Assembly: GCA_964658305.1 (NCBI GenBank)
Contig: OZ210884.1
Span: 6,696,001-6,760,000 of the forward strand
Origin: Leptogorgia sarmentosa
Taxonomy: Eukaryota
DNA length: 64,000 bases
Direction: 5' to 3'
Of this stretch, positions 36,640-49,220 are shown piece by piece. Below the pieces are notes generated by a model that saw only the letters and a program-made list of their open reading frames with translations, did not search any database and was not told the DNA's origin. Made by a program: the position numbers and the translations under genes. Position 1 is the first letter of the stretch. Each line of letters begins with the position of its first letter.

Positions 36640-39600
36640 TTAACTGAAACTAAATTTCATCTCTGATTTCTTTAGCGAGTTCCACTGTTTCCAGGCTTTC
36701 CAACATATTCCTTCTCCATTTTTTTTTTTACCAAAGTACTTCCCATTGAGATGACTTTCGACACATTGGTTGAACCACCAAGCACCTTTGAATACCTCTG
36801 CACAGTTCCTTTTGTCTGGATCGTTGTCTTTGTCGTTGGTGCTAAATTTCCTCCCGTTATGGTAGCTGAGGGAATCACCGGCAGATCCTAAATACCCATG
36901 GATAAATGAAACAATATGACAAGTATAGGTGCATGGTTTTATTATACAGGGGCTATATCAAAGACATTTAGTCAAGTTGATCAAACAAGTTTATGGACTA
37001 TAGACAACAAGAAAACGAAACTTTTCTGTCTAAACACAGCAACTATCATGAAACTACACATTTAGTTTATGAAGTTTTAATTCAATTATTTTAACGATGT
37101 GTTTATTCACCGTTTAATCGGTACGATTTTCATACAATCGGGCACAGGCAGGTATGCTAGCTATTATCGGCTTCAGAAGGGGGTTCTTTATTTCTTCCCG
37201 CCTAATTTCTGCTCTATGATAATATCAAGGGATTTCGCAGCTGGGGACATTGTACATTTCTCCTCATCGGTTATAACGATGTCACACTCACACCCTGTAA
37301 TACTTTCGTACTCTGTGGTGTGGTACTGAGGAGAAGTATGGTGCAAATTTAATAACAGTTATAAAAAAATACCAGAAAAGCCTGAGACTTCCAACTTGTA
37401 ATCGTTTGTTTCATTTCCAATGGAGAAGGATTTATACACAGCGGATGCATTGTTGCCATCAGAATCCCACAAATCAACCCTTAATGAACTATTTTTTCCA
37501 TGCGTCAAACGAAAAATCTTGTCCAAACCAAGCCAAAACTCCTTTTCTAGATCCCCAAAACCATTTTTGTATGAATTCCAGTTACGATAAAAATCTACCG
37601 TGCCATCTATTCTTCTTTGAAAAACAGTCCAAATCTTTTCCTTCATCTGACATCGAACCGGAAAACTACCGCCTCCATCAGGGTCAATCGTGTATACACC
37701 ATCAACAGTGAAACGTCTCTCAAACCATTCATCACAACTCTTTGGATCTGGGAAAAGAATAAGCTATCCTGCTAATATATCATAATATGGTAATACTGCA
37801 TCTATATACAGCTAGCATATTTTGCGTAAAAGTAGAACATATAAATGAAGTATAGCATGCAATCATGTACATTGAATGAGGAAAATGCACTATTAATATG
37901 TCTATCGCCAGGGGTTTTCTTAATTCAAGCAAATTGTAAGCTTTTTTTGTCTACAAATAGCAACTACTGTATGCATGAACTGCCCATTTGTAAGTTCAAT
38001 TGTCACAAAACAATAGGAATGCTTTGGGGGATACACAGTTCAGGTGTTCATCACAACTATCCATGAACTCACATTGAATAATTTAATTACACTCGTCGGC
38101 TACTAGCTCTGCTCCAAGTATTTAGTCTACAAATGGCCTGGGCTTCAAGTATTTATGCTACAAATGGGCTTTCAGCATCCCCTGATGTAAATTATAATAT
38201 GACTAGCGTATTTCTTTTAAGACGTACACGAATATAATTGCAGTGTATCATCCAACTTCATTGTAAGTGTATTTTATTACGAAAAATACATTGCTTTACC
38301 TTTACCACATTTGCCTGCAACAACATCGTCAAGACATGGACATGTTTCATTTGAGCATGTCTCTCCTTCTTTGCAAGACATGCAATTACATTCTAAAAAC
38401 TGAACTTGACAAAAACAAAATAGCGTATATCACACACAGGCCGCATTGTAAATGTGTATATATAGACTAGCTATATTTTACACCTGTCACGTCTAGGGGC
38501 TGTTTCTATTTTTTAGGCTATTTGTAATATAACCCTAAACCTAATCATAATCTTAATCCCAACTCTAATTTAAAACCTAACCTTAATCTTAACTCTAATC
38601 CCTACTTTAAACCAAATCTTAAGGAAGGGAGCTAGGGAAGGGAATTTACAAGGCTTACCCTCTTTGGCTGATTAAGCAGATAATTATCGAAGTTTGCATC
38701 CTTCACCATCTTATAAGGAATTTCCGATGCCTGATTATGAAGAAGTTCACAATTTTTGCTCCAGTCAGTGTTCGAACAGCCCTTTCTGTAATTCACTGAT
38801 CTGCAACATGATTCGTTCACGCAATGAAGAATGCATTCTAAAGGGGATTGCACGTGATGACGTTTTAGAACGGTAGCATTCAATCTGAGTCCTTAAAAGT
38901 AAAAGCAGTTAATCAGATGGGATGGGAACTAGTAAATTCGTGACATGTTTTGTATACGTGTGTGTTAACAAGATTTAAACAAGACGCCTATCAGGCGTTC
39001 ACTCGGGCTACATGAAGTTTATATATGACGAACCCACTGGCAGTGCGCGTGGCATGACCATGAACCCACGCGTGAAACGATTCAACGAAGATTTTCATTG
39101 GTTCAAGGACTTCGTGTCGCTCACGCGTGTTTTTTGCAAACTCGCGACCGAAAAAAGGAAAATCGAAGCCCATTTTTAAACTCGGTCTACCTACGGTAGC
39201 CCTAGTAAAAAAAAATTATTTCGCATGTTTTATTCAATGACTGAAAACAAACAGAGATGTTTTGTGCTTCTGGGGCCGGTTGTATCAAAGGCGTTTAGCT
39301 TAAACGGTGGATAAGTAAAATTTTAAAAACACTCCTATCGTTTTGTAAATAATTAAACCTAAATTTTATCAACTAAATATGTAGTTTTAAGCATATTTGT
39401 CATGTTTAGACAGAAAAGTTTAGTTTCCTTGTAGTCTATAGTTTATAAACTTGTCCGATATTTTATACTTATCCACCGTTTAAGCTAAACACCTTTGATA
39501 CAACCGACCCCTGGTGAAAATTTACGTGGTGAACACTATTTTGTTTCAATTTTAAAATGAATTTAAAATTGTAAAATATTCAAATGAAATGGTTTTCGTT

Positions 39601-40778
39601 TGATATATAACCATGACAACTGCGCGTGGGTATTGTGGACATTGCTTGTTTTGTGACTGAATTAAGTTTACATTTTTTCATTTAGATTGACATATTCGAC
39701 ATTGATTCACCTGCAGCAACCTGTTTGAGAAAATTACAATAACAATAAGGAAAGTTGCTTTCAGTCAGTTCCAACGACTGTGCGCTATATATAATTATTA
39801 TATAGCAGGGGCTGGCTATTTGACACTCGTCACATTGCAGTCTCTTTGCTCAATGTTTCGAGCGAACATGTTTCAACTTTTGTTATGGTTGTCTAATCTG
39901 AGCATTTTCTGTCTACTTTTGCACACGCAACTAACTCGCTTATAGGTTCACTGCATGCAACATTCTTGGCGTGCCCGCGCGACAAATTTTTCACAAGATT
40001 AAAATCGTTCGCTCCGCCCGTGCGGGCAAAGCGACTGTAATGGAAAACGGCCTTTGGAATATCCAGCAAGCCTGTGTATTCGTTGAAAACACAAAATATA
40101 GTTTTTCATTCTTAAAAGAACACTTATGCATACAATACATCTAGTGCTTAAAAGTAAAGGAAGATGAAAGGAAGTTTAAACTTGACTTCTTCATCGTTTA
40201 ACGTGGATGGGCTACGAGCAACCGGGCCGTGAGGAGAAGCTTCATACTGTTTCTACTGGTATTTACAAAAAGTTTAATTTCTCTTTCGCGGGTACAGGAA
40301 AAAGAATCCAACAGATGCTATCGTAGATTATATCCTATGCATGCATGTATACAGTATAATTGCTTTGCGGCGTGTCTTTGAGAAAGATGTTTTACTAGCG
40401 GTAGTACTACGTGTAACGTGACAAAACACCTTTGTTTTTACAAGAAAAGTGAGTTATTAACTGGCACATTGTTTTAACAACATCAAAATTAGTTCTAGTC
40501 ATCTATTTTCCGCGCTTCAGCCACAAGCTTGTATTGAATTGAATTGTTCTGTTTATTCCTTGAAATTAGACCGCTATTGTTTTTATTAATACTAACTCAT
40601 CATGAAGCCATAATAGTTACTTACCTTCGTTGTTACCGTCAAAGCAGAAATTTGTTGGAGGCATATTGATATTTTGAACGTTGTTTGCAATGATGCATCT
40701 AGTATATCCAATTGAGAGCAGAATTATGCTTCTCAGTATCCACTGAAGAACGGCGATTGTATGTTTGATTTTTTTCAT
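36640..40778 (-). CDS. Fibrinogen-related protein: signal peptide - PAN/Apple - EGF-like - fibrinogen C domain, ~369 aa
   Basis: Exons 40778-40625, 38891-38659, 38399-38300, 37747-37373, 36887-36640 in compatible phases. PAN: LECILHC..CCRSVNY..NCELLH. FBG: PKSC, GVYTIDPDG, WTVFQRRIDGTVDFYRNW..YKNGFGDL..EFWLGL, FSTNDKDND, GAWWFNQC..SHLNG. Confidence 0.88.
39273..39510. mobile_element. PIF/Harbinger-like MITE
   Basis: CTG|GGGCCGGTTGTATCAAAGG...CCTTTGATACAACCGACCC|CTG; ~45-bp TIRs and a 3-bp TSD. A degenerate relative lies at ~16044-16293. Confidence 0.75.
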
Positions 40779-41240
40779 GTCAGTAGCAAGCAGCAAGGTC
40801 AGGCAAGTTGTTTTATGCACAATCTCTCCTGAGGAGACATCAATTAATCGACCAGCACTAGTCTAGCAGATCATTCGCCTAGTTCTTTTTTCCTAACTGA
40901 GGTGAAATACTCGAACAAAACGAAAAGAAGTTGGATTATATGCTCTATCACAAAATGTACAACTTTATAGAATAACAAAGTATACAACAACACCTGCTTA
41001 AATAGTTTGGGCGGTGACGTGAAGAATTCAAATTAGGAAACATGACTGAATTCATGCGATGCATCTGCGCCAGTAACTGACATATATAATATATAGTGTC
41101 CCATTGCACATTTACTTATGCCTTTCATCAATTTAACATCCATTAGCATCCATTACTCAAGTTATTGTTGCAAGGGTACTGTATAGAAGTTCTAATTACT
41201 ATATTGTCCAGTTCTAATAAGCATGAATACAACATTTCTT

Positions 41241-41303
41241 AACCTACGTCACAGACTTCAAAACACGAATAAAACATGTGTTTTGAAGACTGTGACGCAG
41301 GTT
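41241..41303. mobile_element. 63-bp hairpin mini-element with target-site duplication
   Basis: aacctacgtcacagacttcaaaacac...gtgttttgaagactgtgacgcaggtt, flanked by aacatttctt on both sides. Confidence 0.75.
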
Positions 41304-41566
41304 AACATTTCTTTACTAATTATCATTTCCTTTGTTTTTAGGTGAATAATGTTCAGATGAATGGTTTCCATAAATGCAAGTTACGAAAAGTACAGAATAT
41401 TTTTTTGAAATAAACTTCTCATTCTCAAACATCCACGTATTATAATTCTCCTTTCAAAATAATACATATAAATATTTCATGCAGGTAACATAATTATTTA
41501 TTATTCATTTATTATGCATCCAAAATTTTTTTTTTGCTTTTTTTTAACCCTAACACGTCATTGCCT

Positions 41567-42572
41567 TAGCCTCCTCCGCAGGCATCTCTTGTCTCTGATC
41601 TCTTCTTGTCTCTGATCTCTATGTACTAACTGTAGTGGGGGCGGGGAAAAAATTCGGAGAGATGCCTGCCATAAATCGACACAATAACTTGCACTGCGCA
41701 TACCGGCTCGCGCATACAAATCGTTACTGTGGGGGGGACATAAAGGCAACATTGAAGTAATTTGTCGGCTTTGTCATTTGATACTTTTTCTTTGGGAGTG
41801 GGGAGAGGCTATTTTGTTATCAAAATACTAATGCGAAAGCTGAAAGAGAGAAAAATATAATTGAGAAAATATCGAATCTCCCCGCGTTTGATCCATTAAA
41901 TGCACGCGGTTTTCACGCTAGTTGTGAAGAAGAAGGCCTAAATGTCTCAGTCCAAGCAAATTGTTCACGAGAGGCAGCAATTAAAATGGGATTACTGTTC
42001 GTTGAGTTGAGCGCTTTACGGAATATGTCAGAGTCAAAAAACGTTGTTGTTATCGACTCCAAATTGCAACTTAAAGAGTTGTATGACGTTAAGATAAGCA
42101 ACGGGGAAGTATTTGTGGAATTAATTCAAGTCTTAGAACGATCTTGATCTTTGGTCGCTTCAATATCTGCGGCAAGCTTGCCTAACTGTGTTTTTAAATT
42201 TTGCGTATCCCTTAGCTTCACTTGTATTGCCGATTGTCTCTTTCTCACATCCTGTACAACGCTACGGTAATCTTTGCTAGCAATCGGCAAGGAACTTTTC
42301 TTGTAAATTGGAATCTTTGAAGCCATCAGGGGAGCACTGCCTTCGCTCTTCGATCGAATCCGACAAACTGAATTTATAATTAGCTAGGACGCAAAAAACT
42401 ACTTAGGGGACCCTGCTCCCGTATGACGTCCAATGAGGTGCCATCAGACGTCCACTTTGTTCGATTTATGGCAGGCATCTCTCCCGATTTTTTTTCGCCT
42501 TCCCCGACACAGCTAACCCAAGCCGAATGTTAAAACTCTTAATAACACTAGAGATGCCTGCGGAGGAGGCTA
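41567..42572. mobile_element. Non-autonomous TIR DNA transposon with 9-bp TSD (AcademH-like)
   Basis: TIR TAGCCTCCTCCGCAGGCATCTCT / AGAGATGCCTGCGGAGGAGGCTA; TSD tcattgcct at 41558-41566 and 42573-42581; subterminal inverted repeats at ~41640-41685 and ~42457-42505. Confidence 0.85.
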
Positions 42573-43302
42573 TCATTGCCTAGCATTATTGCAGTTTTTT
42601 TCACCCAAAAATTTTTTTTGCTTTTTCCTTGACTATTCTTGCTTTTTATCCCTTTTACAATGTTGGGATGTTGAAAAAAACGAAGAAAAAATAAAAACGA
42701 ATTTTGCGCATGCGCAATGAAATTTGACAAAACCAGTCCCACAACAACCATGCCTCAAGAGTATAACGTTCATAAATACGTTATCGTAACATAGCTTATT
42801 GGTTCAAATCCTACGGCATTGCCTTTCGCTAAAGGACAAGGTGCTTATCACATATGGTCTATAGGGGCCGATCTGCATCTCCCTGCTCTCTGAGTGTCCT
42901 GAACGTCAAAGTCATAGATTTGTACCAGTCAAGTGATACCGGTTGCCTTAGTAACCTACTGGCGATCTACCAGACTCGTTCTGTGCGGATGGTAGGGACC
43001 TTTCACGAATTTTCACCCAAAATCACCCAAAAAAAACATGAATACTATTAATTATACTATAGTGAGCTCAGTGAGTCCTATTACAGTCACTATATTTTTC
43101 CAACTTAAATCTTCGTCCTTTATTCCTAGCATATAGGCGTGGACTATTTTTATAACACACACGTCGACCGGAAATTATCTGGGTTATTGCCCCATCCCCC
43201 CGTTATTAGAGATGCATGGCTGTGATGACGAAGACAGCCGTTCTTGTTTGACATGAGTGGCGTTAATACGTAATGACATTTGTGGGAACGCCAGCGCGTC
43301 AT

Positions 43303-44268
43303 CTAGTTAATTGCAGGTCCAATTGAATGTCGTTCTTGTTTAATCAGAGCGTAGAAAGCATTTCGAAATTTCTTTTCCCGCCATGTAAAAATCACTGAAT
43401 TTGCAAATGAGTTGAAAAGAACTAGAGTTTCCGCCCAAGGCAAAAACGTGTAAAGATAGCGAAAATCCATAACATAGAATGATCCATAAATTGCCATCAA
43501 TAATATCGGTGTGTAACACAGAATTGCAGATAGGACAATAATATGAGCGACAGAGAAATACTGTTTATAACTTTTATATTGCTTTATAAACAGGAATCCT
43601 GTGAGTTGTTTCTTTATTGCCTTCTTCTGTTTTCTTGTCAAAATTAAGATATGAATCCACATTGATGAGGTAGATATGATAAACACAATAACGACAGTAC
43701 TGATCACAATGGTGAATACAAAAAGTGATAACAGCCAAATCCTGGAGCAGACGACGAAAAGACAAGCTATCCATAGGATGAAGATGATGGCTTTCAGTCG
43801 TGTTCGCGTTATAACCACTGGGTACAAGTACGGCCTTGCAATTGCGACATATCTTTCAGCAGTTATTACAATGACAGTCATTGCTGATATTGTGCAAGAA
43901 AAAACGGTTCCTAATCTGAGAATAGCGAGTAAGACACAATTTTTAATACCGTATATTTCATAGTATCCTTTTCTAAGGACAAAAAGCGGCTGCATGAGTA
44001 CAGTTACTACCAGATCAGTGTACGTTAGCGCTATGATCAACATGTTGGAAAGACGTTTCATATTTGGATCTCGAGCTCGCCAATATGTTAAAATTACAAA
44101 AACGTTTGAGAAAGACCCACATATTGCCAGAATACCGTTGACTATGGCCAAAAAAATGTTGTTTATCTTGAGGTCATCATCAAGTTGCCGTTCCAGATAG
44201 GTAACAATTTCATTTGAATAACATTGTCGAAAGTCCTCCTTTATAATTGTTAAATTTCTTGCTTCCAT
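43303..44268 (-). CDS. Rhodopsin-class (class A) GPCR, intronless, 321 aa
   Basis: Seven hydrophobic segments; TM1 GSFSN, TM2 LTYTDL, ERY at the end of TM3, TM6 CYTP, TM7 NSFANSVIF. Confidence 0.9.
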   Translation of the reverse strand: MEARNLTIIKEDFRQCYSNEIVTYLERQLDDDLKINNIFLAIVNGILAICGSFSNVFVILTYWRARDPNMKRLSNMLIIALTYTDLVVTVLMQPLFVLRKGYYEIYGIKNCVLLAILRLGTVFSCTISAMTVIVITAERYVAIARPYLYPVVITRTRLKAIIFILWIACLFVVCSRIWLLSLFVFTIVISTVVIVFIISTSSMWIHILILTRKQKKAIKKQLTGFLFIKQYKSYKQYFSVAHIIVLSAILCYTPILLMAIYGSFYVMDFRYLYTFLPWAETLVLFNSFANSVIFTWREKKFRNAFYALIKQERHSIGPAIN

Positions 44269-45253
44269 TTACATGCAGAATAAGAATAAAACCGTTCAAA
44301 ATTATCATTAACCATCATAACATGTCATGTAGTTATACTTTCTTTAATGACTGCACTTCAAAATGTGACATTTCAATTGCTTTGCATAGTTTGTTTACAT
44401 TTAATAAATGGACGCTAGCGCTTAATTTGTTCCTATTAAATAATATGGATCTGAAGCAAATCCTGTAGCTACCTTTTTTTGTCTGAATGTTAATTCGGGT
44501 TTGTCGGTAATTTATCATAGAATTGATTTGCTATTTTTGTCTATAGAAATAATAGTTCAACAGACGGCCGGAATGAAATAATCATTGTACAATATAGCTA
44601 TATAATATTGAATAATCGTAGGGTAGGGTTATAGGGTTCGCTTAATTTGGGTATTATCATAAAAATGTTATAATTATTGCATTTTTGTCTGAAGTTCCGC
44701 ATTTAAAAGTATAAGTAACTATAATATGCTGTATATAGACGGCTTTCCAACGACCTAATCAATTCCTAAAGAAGATCTAGTTTTATATTGTTAATCTTTA
44801 TAGCAAATTTAGATATCGTCTATAGCTGCTTCAGAACTCAGAAGTCACTCTTCCACAACAGTTATTTTCAGAAAGATTCTATATTTTGCAAGGACAGATC
44901 ATGCACACACCATTTATTTTAGAATTTCACTACATTCACGAACAATTTAACTTTAAAAAATTAGCTTTACACAGCTTGTTAAATGAAATGAAAATATTAA
45001 AAAACGTACAAGAATGGCTGGTCAGGAGTATTGATTTTTAAATTGTCCCTCTTCCTCCAAATGATTTACTAAAACGAATTTCACAAAAAATTTAATTTCT
45101 TAATTTTTAATTTAAAATTGGTTTTCTGTTTATAAGTTTTACCTAGAATTTCTATACTGAAGCACTGCACACCGATCAATTATTATCTGTAGTTTGCGAC
45201 GAAGTCGTGCGTAAATATTCAACAATCAATCATCCATATATTTCTTAAAAGCA

Positions 45254-46129
45254 TTAAGGGATCCGGAAACCTACATTTTTGAGAATAACTTGGAATGTTT
45301 TCCTGTAATTATTCAAACGCCATATATACAAGAATGGATTGATTGAAAAATTGACAAAAAACAATGTGACAATCCAGGTATGGAGAGAGTTGGAACTCCA
45401 GCGCGTGTAGGTATAATGCAAATGCTCGTTGGACATTGCATAAATCCCAACCGGAGCCAGCGTTGTCATTGTAATGAGTGATACCAAAAACATTGTTGTA
45501 AGCAACCGTTTTTCATTTTTCAGACGAGTATTTTGACTTCTATTCTGTGGTGTAGTTGAAAGACTGGTAAAATATCTTGAATTTTCTTTCAAAACATACG
45601 CCGCCTTACCATACATTATTGCTGCACTAATCAACAAAGACAAAACCGTAGCACCTCGGAAATATGTTTGCCAACTATCATCCTGATATACTGTTGTTAT
45701 TGCCAACAATCCAAGACAAGTTAACCATTGAAAGAAAATAATTGTGAGAGTTACATTTCGAGTGATCAGGATTCTGTATTTACATGGATGAACACAACTC
45801 ACGTAACGGTCAAATGCCATGCTAGCAATGGAAGAGCAGCTAATGTAAGGTGGTAAATAAACCACAGAAAGAAGACTGAATCCATTTATACATGGCCTCC
45901 AATACTGTACCAGAAACCACGACAAGTTTGTCAAAATGTCGCTTATTGCGAGATTCATGATCAAGTGTGACGAAGAATTTCTGAAACATTTTAAAGGATC
46001 CTTAAGTAATCCAAAAACGAGCAAAATATTTGCAAGAATTCCAGTAAATATGACCATATATCGAGGTATGATAGAAGAAAGTGGAAGAGAAGTGAATGTA
46101 GAAGAACACGCAGATTCAAATTCATTCAT
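45254..46129 (-). CDS. Rhodopsin-class GPCR, tandem paralogue 1, 291 aa
   Basis: GILAN, NLAISD, FDRY, NFSINPFLY motifs; intronless ORF. Confidence 0.9.
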   Translation of the reverse strand: MNEFESACSSTFTSLPLSSIIPRYMVIFTGILANILLVFGLLKDPLKCFRNSSSHLIMNLAISDILTNLSWFLVQYWRPCINGFSLLSVVYLPPYISCSSIASMAFDRYVSCVHPCKYRILITRNVTLTIIFFQWLTCLGLLAITTVYQDDSWQTYFRGATVLSLLISAAIMYGKAAYVLKENSRYFTSLSTTPQNRSQNTRLKNEKRLLTTMFLVSLITMTTLAPVGIYAMSNEHLHYTYTRWSSNSLHTWIVTLFFVNFSINPFLYIWRLNNYRKTFQVILKNVGFRIP

Positions 46130-48296
46130 TTTGTTTGCTTCATCACTCTATAGGTGGCAGTTAGTGTTACGCCCTTGCAAGATTCGTCAACTGCATGAGC
46201 AGGTGAAATTGTCATATTTTAATTTTAGCACGGCAATAATCATCAGATCAGTATATACGGCAGAATATGTCATTTATATTACTTTACAATTTACATTTTC
46301 AAAAAATTACTGAATATTTACATTATTCTAAATATTTCATTTATTTTAAATGAAGTTCAAATTTAAAGCTTCAGGTCATGACATGTATGAGTGTGCGCCT
46401 TATTTCGTTGTACATGTTTTGTCGGAATATGGCGTATTGCATTACGAATCATTTGAGCCAAAAATTTATCTGTCATCTTCTCTTGTATACACTACATATA
46501 TATAGCACATTGATGTCCCAGGGTGTAATCACAAGAAATAGTTCGTAAAAGAGGATTTTAAAATATCTTAAAACGTTTGTTATGATACTTTTGGGAATTC
46601 GGATAAACTGCCAAAACGATGACCAACATCTGCATAAAGATGTGTCTAGTCTAGTTCTTTTAAATGCTTAGTTAAACGTAGATATACTCTTAGACTAGTA
46701 TTGTTGATGCTATTTATGATGTTCACTTGTCATGTACGTGGTCCTTGTTTCGTGACTGTTCGTGACTTCGTGTCATAGGACGTAAATTGTAGTGCACTAG
46801 GTGTGTATAGAGTTGAGTGTGTAATGTTATATAAATTAGTTTTAGTAACGTTCATTACTCTATAGATTAATGTTACTTAAAGGGGCTCGATTCATCAATT
46901 AAGCAGCTGGAAATTGTCATATTTTAATTTTGTAGGACGGCAATAATTATAAGGTGAGTATAAATAAGTTACTGAATATGACATTTATATCTCATTTTGC
47001 ATAATCTTTATTTTGCATGGAATGCAAAGCTGCCACGAGAGGCCCACGACATTTACTGTGCTTTCGCTTATTTTATTTCGGAAAAAATTGTCAAGATGTC
47101 ACATGATCATTTTTTATGCTTTGCGACTCATTAAACCATTCTTAATTTGATGTTTACGCAGATGTTGCTGTTTGTAATTTGAAAATTAATAAAAATTCGA
47201 AGATTTATAATAACACACGCTTAAAGATCCTGTAACAGTTAAATCTGTTATGAGAACCGTGCAGTTCTTCGCATAACAAAGAGGAACCAGTTTAGATGAT
47301 TAACATGTCTAAATTTCGCATCTCTTTTTGAATGAAAATCCTGGTTTATCGATTCAATTACGAGAATAAGAAACATCGATATTGCTATATATATATATTG
47401 ATATTGACATTGATATTGCTATAGCTAGATATTCAGTATTAACTTCAGCAACAACGGATTAATTTTCAAAGAGAATCGAAATCTCTTAGGAACCGTAATT
47501 TTATGCAGAGAAGAGGCAGCGCTGGTATATGGTTCTGCCTATACATGTCGAAAATATTGACGGATCTTGCTTTTGTTAGAGTAATCTAAAACAACCATTG
47601 CCTTGCCTGAATAGAACAATAAAAGCATAACAATGCAGGATTTGTCAATTTTATAGACCATATTTAATTTTTACGTATAACATCATAATTTTTTACACAG
47701 ATTATATCAAGGAAACTGCAAAGGCTTATATACACTATACCATGCACCCTCAATTCAACCCTATAAATATAATCCTAACTTTAACCCCGATTATTTTTTT
47801 AAATTGTGCCCCAAATCTTAACTCTGAAGCACTAATATACAGTAGTCCACGTTCTCTATAATCTAAAATCGCAAAATAGCATGACATGCTGGGTAGCTAT
47901 ATATCTCATTCTCATCTTGTATTTCTTTCCACGCCAACTCAATTAAAGCACAAATTATTCACTCAGCACTTATTAGTGAACAGGCAGCAAAAGTTTATGG
48001 AACAGAAAATGGAAAAGTATACAAAATTAGCAAATTTTAAATGCATGTATTTCAAAACGTTTACGATAGTTTGTAACCAAACTCTACAGTTTTACTAAAT
48101 TTATGATGCTCTTCAGTCTAACTGTGCTGATATCTAAGAGTGAAATTTCTTCATTCAAAAGTTTGTCTGAAAAGGGAAAGGTCTATTTGCATAGCATAAC
48201 CAAATCATTTGGTTTCACCACCTTTTTCGCGCAAAATAAGGTGCAGATCTAACATGCACTAATTGTCAGCGTAGTAATTATTGTCAACAATAATTG

Positions 48297-49220
48297 TCAA
48301 ATACGTCTTTGTTCTTGACTTGGCTCAAACGTTTTTCTTAAGCAGCAACCCCCCATGTTTTTGAAAACAATTTTAAATGTTTTTCTATAGTTCTTCAATC
48401 GCCATAGATAAACGAATGGGTTGATTGAAAAGTTAACAAATAACAACGTACTAAACCACATATGGACAGGATCAGAGTTGATGTTGTTTGTTCTTCCTTG
48501 AAGAATTACGTAAATTGCGAGTGGAACCATCGTTATTATTGTTACAAATGAGACCAAAAACATTGTTGTAAACAACCGTTTTTCCTGTTTCATACGGGCA
48601 TTTTGTGTCATATTTTGTGCTGTATTTGAAACGGCGGCCATTGTTGTAAAATATCTTGAATTTTTTTTCAAAACACACGCCGTTCTTCCGTACATTATTG
48701 CTCCAATAATTACGAACAACAAGCCCATGCTAGCTCGAAAATACGCTTTGATTTGAGTACGATTACTGTTATATGTTGTTTCTATTGCCAACAATCCAAG
48801 AGAAACTATCCATTGAAGGAAAATAATTGTGAGAGTTACTTTTCGAGTGATCAGGATTCTGTATTTACAAGGATGAACACAACTCATGTAACGGTCAAAT
48901 GCCATGGTAACAATGGAAGAGCCGCCAGTATAAATTGGTAAGTAAACAAGAAAATGAGCACTAAGTCTACTTATACGTGTACATGATCGCCAGATTGGTA
49001 CCAGAAACCACATCAAGTTTGTCAAAATGTCGCTTATTGCGAGATTTGCAATCAAGTAAGACGAGGAATTTCTGAAACATTTTAAAGGATCTTTAATTAA
49101 TCCAAAAACGAGCAAAATATTTGCAAAAATTCCAATAAATGTGAGCAGATATCGAGGTATGATATAAAAAAGAGGAAGAGAAATCCAAGGATAAGAACAC
49201 ATTGATGAAAAATCCTTCAT
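48297..49220 (-). CDS. Rhodopsin-class GPCR, tandem paralogue 2, 307 aa
   Basis: GIFAN, NLAISD, FDRY, NFSINPFVY motifs. Confidence 0.9.
   Translation of the reverse strand: MKDFSSMCSYPWISLPLFYIIPRYLLTFIGIFANILLVFGLIKDPLKCFRNSSSYLIANLAISDILTNLMWFLVPIWRSCTRISRLSAHFLVYLPIYTGGSSIVTMAFDRYMSCVHPCKYRILITRKVTLTIIFLQWIVSLGLLAIETTYNSNRTQIKAYFRASMGLLFVIIGAIMYGRTACVLKKNSRYFTTMAAVSNTAQNMTQNARMKQEKRLFTTMFLVSFVTIITMVPLAIYVILQGRTNNINSDPVHMWFSTLLFVNFSINPFVYLWRLKNYRKTFKIVFKNMGGCCLRKTFEPSQEQRRI

Noticed and set aside
39711..39720. Potential 10-nt microexon (cag|gttgctgcag|gtgaat) in the fibrinogen-related gene
   Set aside because: Inclusion would shift the frame; the flanking exons already join in phase.
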